DNA of 63,435 nt, counting the filler, from Reticulomyxa filosa (Eukaryota; Protista; Foraminifera), in assembly GCA_000512085.1 (NCBI GenBank). It is 16 parts of 16 records of this genome, joined end to end, with 100 filler letters (N's around TTAATTAATTAA, not from the genome) between each part and the next. Parts side by side here need not be neighbours in the genome. Positions count along the whole stretch, not along the records: positions 1 to 1,961 come from ASPP01021905.1; positions 2,062 to 4,269 come from ASPP01023540.1; positions 4,370 to 5,750 come from ASPP01040122.1; positions 5,851 to 7,813 come from ASPP01036610.1; positions 7,914 to 14,552 come from ASPP01008633.1; 11 more parts are not named here. One strand, 5' to 3'. How positions within the stretch are numbered: the stretch's first letter is position 1; each line of letters starts with the position of its first letter. Position numbers and translations under genes: made by a program. Of this stretch, positions 1 to 11,495 are shown one piece after another. The notes under the pieces are model-generated. The model worked only from the letters and a program-made list of their open reading frames with translations, was not told the DNA's origin and searched no databases.

Positions 1-1961
1 TTAACAGAGAAAACAGTATTGTTTGCCAACGGCAATCTATTTTTCAAAAAAAACGGATGCTCCGATTATATTTGGCGAGGACGCTCTGAAAATGCTGCCA
101 ATGGACCCTCAGAATGTAATTTACGATGTAAAGCGACTTCTTGGCCGTCGCATGTACGATCTCGAAGTGGCTCAATTTCAGGACACTCACATGTTCAAGG
201 TGATGGGAGATACGTATCCGCGCATTTGGGTTCCCAATCGCAAAATGTGGATATCCCCAGAACAAGCGCTTGCCATCGTGTTGGTCCACTTGATACAAAT
301 GGCCTCCTCCTCCCATTTCCAAGCGCCTTATATTCGAGATGTGCTTGTATCCATCCCTGCCTATTTCCACAACGCACAAAGAAAGTCTGTTCGAAGTGCA
401 TGTCAATTGGCAGGTATTTTGAATTTCATACATATTATATTGTATATATGTACATATATGTGTATATACAATAAAATAATGACATACAAAGGATTAAACC
501 TGTTGAAACTAGTTGTGGAGCCGACAGCAGCTGCGCTGGCATACTCGTATTACAGCGCCACTCCGAAGGATAACTACAAGCAGTTTTTGACGTTTGATTG
601 TGGAGGGGGGACCACGGATTGCAGTATCTTGGCGTGTACTGGTATGGAATGCAGGTATGTGTTTGTTTACATTAACATATATGCATATATGTATATATGT
701 ACTACACAATGGCATGATGAAAAAAAGGCTCTATCTTTTATTGCAAACAGGGTGTTAGGGACAGAAGGCAATAGCAGTCTTGGAGGCATCGATTTTGACG
801 ATGTAATCCGAGAGATTCTGTTTAAAAAGTTCAAGGACAAACACGGACGGACGGCCGCAAATGCAATAAATGCGCAGATTAGAAGAAAGTCGGAGAAAGT
901 GAAACTATCGCTGACGGAGAACGACTACGAAATGGTGGATTTTAAATACAACGACGCTTTCCTTTCGGTGAAGATCACCCGAGATGAGTTCGAAACGCAT
1001 CCGCGCACACTGGCATTGGTGCAGCAGGCCATCGAAACTGCAAAGCGTGCTATTGCAAATGCGCGCATGGAAAGGAATGCTAGCATAGAATATCCTCTGC
1101 GCAATTCCAACGTTCGAATGGTTAGTTGTTTTATATATATGTGTATATACATATATATATATGTATACCTACAATGATAATAATTATAGATATTAATGGT
1201 CGGAGGAACAAGCAAGTTGCCAATACTGCAAAAAAAATTACGAGAAGAGTTTGAGAGTGGCCAATCCCGAGAAAAGCTTGGACTTGACAAGCTGAAAATT
1301 GTGATTCCACAAGACGATCTGCAGTTGATGGTTGTGAAGGGTGTGTCAATCATCGCGGGCTCGTATGCGTATGGCTGCGCACATAACCCTTCCACATGCT
1401 CTCTTGATAACATCTATGACGAACCCATTCTCGAAGACGTTTTGCCTTTGGATCTGGGGCTTTCCGTTTGTAAAAATGGCACCAAGTTTGTTTGTTTGTT
1501 TGTTTGTTTTTTTTTTTTTTTTATGACTTCATATTTTTATTTTTGATTCTTCAAAAAACAATAAAAAGGGTGTTTAAAAAACATATATGTGTATATAATG
1601 TGATTTGGGGTGTGTCCCCTCCTATTTCTTTCATCGGATTTGGAAAGAGACGACCCCTCCGTAAAGTGCGGGCTAATTGATGTAATCTTTTCAAAGAATC
1701 TGAAATATCCGGCAAAATCGGCTCCGTTTCTGTATTGTCAACGATTTCCTGAGTCGCAGGTCGTCACTTTGAAACTGTACGAAGGAGACGACAAATATGC
1801 GAAAAACAATCACTACTTGGGCGAGTTGGAGGTGACAGGGGTTCCTCCACGAACAAATGATCAATGTGACACCATTTTGGTCGAGTTTGTCCTTGACAGC
1901 AATGGAATTGCTTCCATCATCGCCACCATCAATGACGGCCAAAATCTTGAAACCACTTTCC
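1..1961 (+). CDS. Divergent Hsp70-family protein, partial at both ends; introns about 414-491, 655-750, 1121-1189, 1486-1647
   Basis: Hsp70 motifs in order: IYDVKRLLGRR, SIPAYFHNAQR, AGLNLLKLVVEPTAAALAY, FDCGGGTTDCS, LGGIDFD, MVGGTSKLP, linker LEDVLPLDLG, and substrate-binding-domain motif LKLYEGD...NNHYLGELEVTGVPPR. The GT-AG introns restore the reading frame. Confidence 0.9.
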
Positions 1962-2061
1962 NNNNNNNNNNNNNNNNNNNNNNNNNNNNNNNNNNNNNNN
2001 NNNNNTTAATTAATTAANNNNNNNNNNNNNNNNNNNNNNNNNNNNNNNNNNNNNNNNNNNN
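1962..2061. other. Artificial contig spacer N44-TTAATTAATTAA-N44. Identical spacers start at 4270, 5751, 7814, 14553, 16050, 18202, 27409, 33654, 39208, 48370, 52655, 54876, 56503 and 61402
   Basis: Identical 100-bp structure seen 15 times; TTAATTAATTAA places stops in all six frames. Confidence 0.98.
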
Positions 2062-3102
2062 AAAAAAAAAAAAAAAAAAAAAAAAATATGTATATATACG
2101 TATACATTTGTGTTTTGAACAAACTTGTTTTTGTAATGCAAAAAGGAGATGCATCGAGAGTTGCTCATCGGCTGTACTCGAGCCACCAAAGACATGAATG
2201 AAAGGATGGAGTTGATGAACAGCAGCAACGGCAGCAGTGGAGGAGACAGGAAACGGAGTTGTAAGCGGACACGAAAACCATTGCTTTGTGGTGATATGAT
2301 AAACAAAGATGGAGTTAACATCCCGACGTTCATCGAGGCGGAAGCCTCCCAATATGAAAAGTTTGGAGCCAAAACAAGCATACGAATACTCGACATATGA
2401 AGTGAGCTCGGGACATGGAGGCAGTGATGCAAAAACAAACTCTGTTTTACGTTCGTCAAACTCCATCCAAATGGTCTCGTTTTGACAAACGACAATGAAT
2501 TGATTCGGACCTACTGATACAAAGGCATGATAACAAACAAATTTGCCATCTGCAACTGGCAAAACATTGTTCTTTACGTTTGTCAAGTATTCGTAGGATT
2601 GCAAATCGATTACGTCAATCATTTTTGGATAACGCGTTATAAATAACAAATTTTGACTGGCTCCGCCTACTAGTGCACGTGCACCTCTTAACACATGGCT
2701 CTGTTTTTCGCCAAAGGTGATGTTTTTCGGAAGGGCAACCCATTTGTTCTCGTGCTTGCCTTGGTCTTTCCACACACTTTGATAATCCATCTTCAATGTA
2801 TGGTAGCTGATCTTCATTGTTCCATGCCCTCCAAATGACAATAACGTCACCGTGTCCGCTGTTTCGTTCGTTTCTATCGCCACCACAGTGTGTACTATCA
2901 ATGCCTCCGCTTTTGGATAACAACAAATCTTTTTATACTCCTTTTTCTCTAGGTGATACGAGTAACAATCCCCTTTTTTCGTTCCTCCGCAAATTAGTAT
3001 CTCGTCGTGCAGCTTTACACATTGGAGCGCAGAGAATGCTGTAGGCAAGTCTGGTAATGACTCACAATGAAATGGTTCCTCTGACTGCGGTAGATTGCTC
3101 AT
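2062..3102 (-). CDS. Kelch-repeat beta-propeller protein
   Basis: Repeated hydrophobic-GG blades (ILICGG, LLSFGG, ALVGG, LFILGG, IHVFGG) with downstream Y and W; the 3' end runs into the spacer. Confidence 0.85.
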
Positions 3103-3957
3103 CCTATATTCTATTATTATTGTTAAAAACGTTCAAAAAGTTTTCTTCACTTGGGCTTTGTGCCTTTTTTGTTACAACGAATGATGAACATTTCATAGTT
3201 ATTTATTTTTTTTAAACTGTATTTTAATACCAATTCCGTAAAATTCAAACAAACACTAGATTAAAGTCCAACAAGTAACAGTAAGGAAAAAAACTCAAAA
3301 ATTATAGTGCTTTATTTGCAGCAAATTTGGGGTTTTAAAAATAAATTAGTATTTGCGTTTTTCCCTAGTTTCTCTTTTCTCACTTTTACATTCAGATACT
3401 GTTGATCTCTAAAAACTGTTTTTGGTTTTATTTTTTGGTGTTAAGAATTTTCTCTCTCAATCATTGCAATAATTATTCACAAGCAAAAAAAAAACCAAAC
3501 GGAACAAAAAACAGAATTAGAACAGAACAAAGTTCCCCTAAAAAAATTAGAAAAAGGGAAAAACACACAAACAACATTAATTTGAATCGCAAAGGGGGGA
3601 ATTTTTTTTGTGTTACGAAAAATTGATATGTTACGAGTTTTTTTTTTAAAGGTTCAAAAAAAAAAATATTTTATTTCTTCGCGTATTGCAATTTTTTTTA
3701 TTTTTTGTTTTTTGTTATCGTTATTTTTGCCCCCTCAAAAAAAAAAAAAAGGAAAAACAAAAGAAAACAAAACAAAACAAAAAGACACCGATCACAATCA
3801 CCGAACAAACAAACCAGTTCTTATCTTGTTTGCGTAAGGGGGGAGGTTTTTTGTTTGTTTTGTTTTACATTTTGTTTTTATGTAATATGTTGTTGTCACT
3901 CAATCGCGAATTTTTTAGTTATTAACACAGAGCAGTTTGTTTGTATCGTCGACGCGA

Positions 3958-4269
3958 TCATTGAATGAGACAGCAAGCACAAGTTTGTTCATTATTGGAT
4001 GGCACATTTTCAGTGAATGACTGAGTCCTTGACGGGTCCCAATGGGGCACTGTGTGGACTGTTACTCTTTCATCAAAGTGAACATTGCTTATTTTGTTAT
4101 TCTGTATCCGTGCAATTGTCTTTGGATTATCCGGACTCGATACACAACTTCCTGTTGATTCCGTTAATTTGCTATCATTGTTGGCGCTATTTACACCCGC
4201 TGTTTTACATCCCAATACAAAATTATTATTATTATTATTATTATTATCATTATTATTATTATTATTATT
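3958..4269 (-). CDS. C-terminal exon of an unknown protein: poly-Asn, RVxF-like motif, CaaX end (CACCLIQ*); 5' truncated
   Basis: Open frame from the (AAT)n tract at the contig end to TGA at 3958; the listed ORF start is TTG, not ATG. Confidence 0.55.
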   Translation of the reverse strand, partial: NNNNNNNDNNNNNNNNFVLGCKTAGVNSANNDSKLTESTGSCVSSPDNPKTIARIQNNKISNVHFDERVTVHTVPHWDPSRTQSFTENVPSNNEQTCACCLIQ

Positions 4270-4369
4270 NNNNNNNNNNNNNNNNNNNNNNNNNNNNNNN
4301 NNNNNNNNNNNNNTTAATTAATTAANNNNNNNNNNNNNNNNNNNNNNNNNNNNNNNNNNNNNNNNNNNN

Positions 4370-4700
4370 AAGTGTTCGTTTGTGGGATATTCGAACTGGT
4401 GAACAAATTCAAGTATTCAATGGACATACAAGTGTTGTATGTTCTGTTTTATATACACCATTTTTTATAAGTGATGATATTAGTGTTGTTAATTATGATT
4501 CCAATGTTATATGCTCTGGATCATTGGATAATACAATTCGTTTTTGGGATATTCGATCAAATAAAAATGAATTGTTTATAATTCATGAGCATAAAAAAGA
4601 AAATTATAATGGAATTTTAACGATGAAAATAATTAAAAGAAAAAATAATATTCATTTATGTTATGGCTCAATGAATAGTAATATTTATGTTTTAGGTTAA
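4370..4700 (+). CDS. WD40-repeat protein, C-terminal fragment
   Basis: VRLWDIRTGEQIQVFNGHTSVV...ICSGSLDNTIRFWDIR. Confidence 0.9.
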
Positions 4701-4828
4701 TTTTTTTTTAAAATTTATTAAGTAATTAATTTTTTCAAGTGACTCTTTTTTTTTTAATATAACTCATAACATAAAATATTAATCCCACATTCAATAAGTA
4801 CTTTGTACACATATACTACATGTCTTAA

Positions 4829-5388
4829 TATGATGGTACTATTATTGTTGCCAAAATTTGCGTTAGCGCTGGCATTGCTACTACTACTAGTATTAATATT
4901 GATGGCAAGATTGCCTGCGATTTATCTGCCTTGTTGAATCTTATCGATTCATGTAACACTCAAGACCTCTTAGAAACAGTCATTGCGTATTTTGCTTTGC
5001 TTCAGGATGTTACGTAGATCTTTGCATGTGTGCAACTGAGAAGAATGAAATCATACATACACAATTGTATACATAGAAAGAAAAAGGCGCGTTGGTAACG
5101 CCTGAGGAAGTTGATAAATACTGTGAAAAAATGCTGAAGGATAAGTTTGGTGCCAAAATCGATATCGAAATCAATGACTCGATGAAGAAATTAAAAGCGT
5201 TGGGATTGGTGGAAGAAAAACTCGATATTAGCAACGACAGTCAACCCTCTTTAATTGTAAAGCCTTTGAGAGAAGGTATCGATTGTGTTCATCGTCACTG
5301 GATGAGCTTCACCTCCTCCTTTCGACAGTTGCAGAGGATTGTGGCCACTGACACAAATCAAATCCTTGAAGAAAGAGAAGAAGAGTAA
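4829..5388 (+). CDS. DUF3754/TMEM143-like C-terminal region (fragment; intron 5009-5076)
   Basis: LIDSCNTQDLLETVIAYFALL / VTPEEVDKYCEKMLKDKFGAKIDIEINDSMKKLKALGLVE resembles the DUF3754 C-terminal consensus; in-frame TAA upstream and no 5' part visible. Confidence 0.6.
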
Positions 5389-5850
5389 TATTCCTTAGCA
5401 TACACATACACCTTTTTTGGATACTTGTTTCAAATAGATCTTGAACAGTGTACTTTCTATTTCATACTTACAAATGTAGTTCAAGAGAATAAATTTTAAG
5501 CTTTTTTTTTTGCAATAGAATAACTTATTTCTCTTTATTGCAACAAGAAACATCTTTTTTCATTTAGGTCTTTCTTTCGCTTCAAATTCCTCAATTTTTT
5601 GTTTTACTTTTCTGGGCCGAGACAAAAAAGTATAATAAGAAGATCAAACGCCTTTAAATGTATAATTATGATTTAGGTTTTACAGAACCAAAATAAAAAA
5701 ACAGTTTTCTTTGATGAACAAACATGATAGAAGAAACGAACGTTTACGTGNNNNNNNNNNNNNNNNNNNNNNNNNNNNNNNNNNNNNNNNNNNNTTAATT
5801 AATTAANNNNNNNNNNNNNNNNNNNNNNNNNNNNNNNNNNNNNNNNNNNN

Positions 5851-6612
5851 CCCTCTGCTGCTTCATACCGACTCCAACGACACGAAAAAGGACGCCGACA
5901 ATGCAGAGCAGGACGACGACGACGACGACGACGACGCCTGGGATGACATGACCATCGATTCGTTTTTGAAACTGGCCAAACTTGGAATGGAGTTGAATGA
6001 GTTTGACAATGTCTTAAAAATCGTTTACGGCGTTTTGCAATGTGATGACAACGTTGGCGAAGCTTGGGCTTTGGGCAGCTTGGCACATTATCGACTTGGT
6101 CGTTTTGAAGACGCTTCCATTTGGCTTGAAAATGCTAATGCTGTTACTATTTTTTATTTTTATTTTTATTTTTTTTATTATTATATATATGTGTGTGTGT
6201 GTGTGTGATTTGTATTCTCACAAGCATTTCAATGCAGTGCTTTGTTCACTTGGACTAGATTTTGGAAAGCGAAGAAAACCCTTCGTTGGAAGAAACTCTT
6301 GCCACTATACGCGAAGCTATGGACGTCGAAAAACTCCCTGATGTGGCGTCTTTGAACTTGAATGAGGTGAAAAAAGACGCAATGCAAGACGAAGAGGAAG
6401 TAGGAGATGGTGATGGTGATGAAGATGATGAAGATGGGAAGGAAGAGGAAAATGACAATGAAGAAGATGATATTAATGCCTTTGTTGAAGACAATGATAA
6501 TGCAGAACCTCATAAAAGCATTTTTGAAAATGATGATGATGACGAGGAGGAAGAGGAAGAGAACGAGGACATTGTCGAACAATCTGAAAAAGATTGGATT
6601 GAGGCCGATTAG
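5851..6612 (+). CDS. TPR protein with acidic tail, Acl4 (Rpl4 assembly chaperone)-like; 5' truncated, one intron
   Basis: FLKLAKLGMELNEFDNVLKIVYGVLQCDDNVGEAWALGSLAHYRLG TPR helices followed by a D/E-rich tail, like the Acl4 C-terminus. Confidence 0.55.
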
Positions 6613-6964
6613 TTTGTTTGTTTTTTTTTGTGTTTGTTTGTTTGTTTGTATTCTTGATTTTATGTTTGGGGACAAATCAACTCTCTAGACAACTTTGTTT
6701 TATTTTGCCTTAAATTGCTTTTTGCCTTCAAGTGTATCAGAATAACATTTGGAAAAAAAAAAAAAATAAAAAAAAAATTAAACGATGCTAATGTAAACAT
6801 CAAAAGACTTTTTATTAATTACAATAAACAATCATCTAAGGGAGTTTGCTTTTTTTTTTCTCTTATTTCCTATTCCTTCTTTTGCCACACATTTCGCAAT
6901 GTGAGACGTCTGCTTCATTGATGAACTTACATTCGCAACCCCACTGTCCAAAGTCCTGTGTTTC

Positions 6965-7700
6965 ATTTCAATACACGTTCAATTGCTTGGTATTTACAAA
7001 TGTGTTAGAAAAAAAATGAAAATAGAAAGCATACGATGTGGTCAGCGGTTTTTTCATCGTGCACATTCGAAAACTGATTCCGATTGGTATCAGATCGTTC
7101 ATTCTCAAATCCAAAGTCCAAAAGGTCAATCACTTGTTGTTTGTCATTCTTGTATACAGTTTTCTGACTTGGAGTTTGGAATGATAAAAATTCGTCGATC
7201 CATTTTGGGTCTTCCATTTTAACGTCATCTCCATTGTTGTTTGTCCCCTCCGATACCTTAAGTGTACGTTTGTTTGTAGATTCTCGGTACTTGGTCTTTA
7301 TATAACATTTGCATCCTTCTCTTTTTCTCTTCCCCTTCCCACTCTTGCCTTTTTTTTTTTTGCCTTTGTGTATGTACACACTCTTTACTTCTGCTCAAAC
7401 CTGAGTTATATTGGGCAAGTGATAGTTCCGGTCATTTGATGTAAAGTATTGACAAGGGTCGTGTATGCCCGTCCATGAGGGGTTTTTATCGTCAAATGAA
7501 AACGGGGAAAGCATCCATTTCTTTTTGTTATTGTAAAGAAGATTTTGGGTTTGTGCGACTGTCACACACACACACACACACACACACAAAAAAGAGAGGT
7601 AACATGTTCATTGCCAGGAATCAAAAGATCTTGTCCAATATCAAATCCAGGATAATCATCTCTTTGTTCTTTTTGCAGTAATATCAGAAAATCCTTCCGT
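6965..7700 (-). CDS. Hypothetical multi-exon protein, 5' truncated
   Basis: Short coding-like segments (KEQRDDYPGFDIGQ; WMLSPFSFDDKNPSW; VKMEDPKWIDEFLSF) separated by microsatellite-rich intron-like DNA; boundaries approximate. Confidence 0.4.
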
Positions 7701-7782
7701 TCTTTGCAAAGAGAAATATATGTGTACATGTATATAATGACTCCAAACAAAACAAAATATACGCCTTCCTCTCTCTCTCTCT

Positions 7783-7813
<31 letters not shown>

Positions 7814-7913
7814 NNNNNNNNNNNNNNNNNNNNNNNNNNNNNNNNNNNNNNNNNNNNTTAATTAATTAANNNNNNNNNNNNNNNNNNNNNNNNNNNNNNN
7901 NNNNNNNNNNNNN

Positions 7914-9490
7914 TGGAAGCTACATATTGCGCTGGGCGAGCAACTCATTGAAAGACGCATATGCGTCACTGAATACGTTTGTGATGAACCAAATGAAAAG
8001 CTTCAAAAGCGACGCCTTGGTGCTGCCCTTGTACGCTTTGAAAGGCGCGATCCCCAATCTGAACTTCCAATCAGCATTCACCCAAAATGGCGGCATTGAG
8101 CGTCTTTATTTGGTTATCCACGAAAACAGCGAACATCGACAAGTCGTTTATTTGGCCGTCTTTTCTTTATGGGCCTTGTCATTCCAAGTTGGTTTTAATT
8201 CCAAAAAAAAAAAAAAAAAAAATCATAATATTTTTTCTTTTTTGTGGTTTATTTCATTTGAGTTATTATTTATTTAATTCATTTATTTGCTTTGCTTTGT
8301 TTGAATTTGTAGGAGGAATATGTAAACCACGAAGGGTTACTTCATGGTGCTTTGATTAGCGAACTTGCCGCCATTGTTCAGAAAAGATTCAGTTCCAAAG
8401 TTTGTCGTGTCATTCTGGGCTTTTTTGAAGTTTTGTTTGTACCTTTTTTTTGTCGTTTTTGACTGTTTAGGTTAAAGTGAGAGAGAGGAAAATAATTTTT
8501 TTAAAAAAAATTCACAAACTTACCCCCCCCCCCCTTTTTTTTAAAAAAAATGGAATAAAGAATATGCTCGGACGCGAAAATTTTAACGAAATGTTGGTCA
8601 TGTTCAATTTGTACCCGACTTTGGAAATGTTTTGTTACTTTCTTTTTTTTTGTCTTGGTAGGCTTGTTTGTTATATGGGATGCATTTGAAATATGGTTGG
8701 ATAGGACTATGTGTTGAACTTTGCATTTGCGAAAAAACAAAAATAGATTGCAAGAAGAAAAAAGTGAAGATCCAGAATTTCAAAATTCGGTAAAAAATTT
8801 GTTGGAAAAATTGGTGGTGTCAGTTCGAATCATGACGTTATGTTTTGCTTTGCTGTCACACTGTTTATTTACTAATCTTTCTCTTTCTTTCAAGAAAAAG
8901 ACAGCGAAAGAGGCCACAAATGCTAAACACCAATCCTCACTATTTTTCCTCCCTCCTTTCCATTGTGTGTATTGTTGGGAAGGAAAGTGGGAGGAAGAAA
9001 TAAACATATACTAATGTCTTATTATACAATTTCACAGATCCATGGAAAGATATCACAAAGAATTGGAATCAGACAAGCTCCAATGGGGCCCTTGTCATAA
9101 TGAAGCCTTTTGGAAAAGGTACGCAGTTCAATTTGATGAAGACAATTACAAGCACATTAAGCGATTGATTAAGTTGCTGGATTCTCCAGATAACGAAACT
9201 GTGGCGGTGGCATGCAATGATTTGGGTGAATGGTCACGCTTTTATCCTGATGGAAAAAAGTTTTGATATGCGACTACAAACGACTCAAATGTCCTTGAAC
9301 ACACTGATCTTTTTTTTGTTTAAATAGAGTAATTGAAACTTTGAAAGGCAAGCAAAAGTTGATGCAATTGATTGGACATAAAGATCCAAATGTCAGCAAA
9401 AATGCTATCGTGGCTGTACAAAAAATGCTTATCAGAAACTGGAAAGCTTTGGAGTCACAGAAAGCCGATGATTCCAAGGATCAAAGCTAA
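7914..9490 (+). CDS. ATP6V1H: V-type ATPase subunit H (VMA13), 5' truncated; introns 8188-8312, 8430-8560, 8629-8746, 8837-9037, 9260-9327
   Basis: YHKELESDKLQWGPCHNEAFWK...VAVACNDLGEWSRFYPDGK...AVQKMLIRNW signature; splicing gives one continuous frame to TAA at 9490. Confidence 0.92.
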
Positions 9491-9881
9491 AAAATAGTCA
9501 GTCAGGCCGTACTAACGACCGTGGTTTGAAAAATTTGTTGCGTTTCTTTTTTGTGTTGTGGTTGGATCCTCGTGACCATTTCCCCACTGCTTTAAAGTGC
9601 TGCTTGGAGCACATTGATAAAAAGGTGGAAAAAAAAGAAGCGCTCGATATTTCTGATCAAAGTCTTGTTTTCCGTAAAAAAATATTTTGATTTGAGGTTA
9701 TTTTTTAACCTGACTTTTTGGCATGTCACTCCCTAGATTCAATTTGTGAATAACCTCAGAAAATCTAAACAAAGGGGATTCAATTACAAAATGGAAACTA
9801 AATGCACATAACAAGTAGCGTTTGAAGGATCCAATACCAAAATCAGTCAATCAGTCACACAAAAAGATTTTAAAAAATAAA

Positions 9882-11495
9882 TTACTTATTTTTTGGATCT
9901 TGTCCCAATTTAAGGCTTCCTTCGTCTCCGCTCACCTGTCTCGACTTAGCGGCCCAGATGGAGTGGAAAGGCACTACAATGTTTCCATACGTTCTTTTTC
10001 CCATTTCTTGGACTTCACTTGCAATTTTTTGCTGTTTTGCAAAGGGGAAGAAAAAAAACGTACACGTCATTTGAGAAAACGGATAGTTTTGTTGGTGGTG
10101 AAAGAAATGAATATGATTTCTCTAAACTTGTCCTAGTTCTTCTACGTTGAAGTATTCACACATAGTGCTGCTGGCATAGTGGACACTGATACTTCGACGA
10201 TTGGCATGACTCAAATTGGCACCACTAGCATGGATTAACAAAGGATGAAAAAATACAGTATCACCAGCCTCCATCTCCAAATGCACACGCTGTCTGAGAA
10301 CATTCTGAACATACAAATCAAGCATGAAACAAATACCATTTTTTTTCTCTCTTTCTCGTTTCCATTTTGCACGTAGACACATAGTAACATTTGTTATAAA
10401 ACAAATACATATATATACAAACAATATACATTGATATTTTCAATTTGCACGCCATGGTAGGCCTTGTTCACAGGTCCGTGCCAGTACTTTGGATAGTCAT
10501 GTGTAATTAATTTTCCTCCTGGAGCATTGCGATGGGAACCAGGGACGACTGACAAGCAGCCATTGTTGCGGTCGATACGTTGCAAAGCAGTCCAACTGCA
10601 CACAGTATGGTCACAAGGGCCAAAAGGGAAATACCATTGGTCCTGATGGAAAGGGTGTCTAGAAGACAAAGCACCACTGTCTGGTGGTTTATTTATCATC
10701 ATGAAATGCATTGCGCGTAGATTCTCACCACATATGGCCTTCACATAAGATACAATTTTTTCATGTTTCGCATATTTCCATAGTTCTTCTTCATAGGCCC
10801 ATTCTTTTGTTTTGAGTGTACCAATTCACATATATCTATTGTATACTTGTGATGGCTTGCTCCTTCCCTTACTCTCAAAAACATAGAAATAAAAATGAAA
10901 AAAACCTTGCAATTTGGTCACGACGTTGGGGCTGACTCGGTCTGCCAAGGTCAAGTCTTTCAATGTGATATCTCGCATCACCACCATTTGTCGTGGTCGC
11001 AACTTTGGATTTTCCACCAATTCATCAAATCGGTTAAAAAAGAATTTCACCTCCTCTGGGTCTGTTTAACATTATTATTCGCACATATCATCCCCCTTTT
11101 TTTCAAATTTCATTTGTCGATGCAAAAGGGGGACCCGAAAAAACGAGAAACCCCCCTATGGCTTTAAAAAAAAAAAAAAGGAGAATGTTCTTCTACACAC
11201 ACCATATACGTCTCACAAAGACAGCTATGGCAACAAAAAGGGGGTAGGAAAGTATGGAAATAAACAAAACATAACTCAGCAATTTTCGAACGACAATGAA
11301 ACCATTTTGTTCATAAAATTCTCGCTGTTCCCCGGTCAGAATCTTATCTGCATCCTTGTCCAACGTATAGCGAAATTTAGACTTGTTGTTGGTCCTGTTT
11401 TCGTACAAAAGCGACGTGGGGTTACTTTGAAGCTCTCCACTTTTTGTGTCTTTTGGAGGTGACAGATGTCCAACAATTTTTTCCACACGGTTCAT
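9882..11495 (-). CDS. PHYH: Phytanoyl-CoA dioxygenase (peroxisomal), multi-exon
   Basis: EQREFYEQNGFIVVRKL, HFMMINKPPD, RHPFHQD (HxD), NGCLSVVPGSH, EMEAGDTVFFHPLLIHASG...NRRSISVHYA; N-terminal PTS2 RVEKIVGHL. Confidence 0.92.

Noticed and set aside
1962-2061. Recurrent palindrome TTAATTAATTAA within N runs
   Set aside because: Artificial six-frame-stop linker. It is not biological, and gene neighbourhoods across it cannot be trusted.
4190-4215. N-terminal MGC myristoylation/palmitoylation signal
   Set aside because: The codon is TTG and the frame continues upstream into poly-Asn, so it is not a start.
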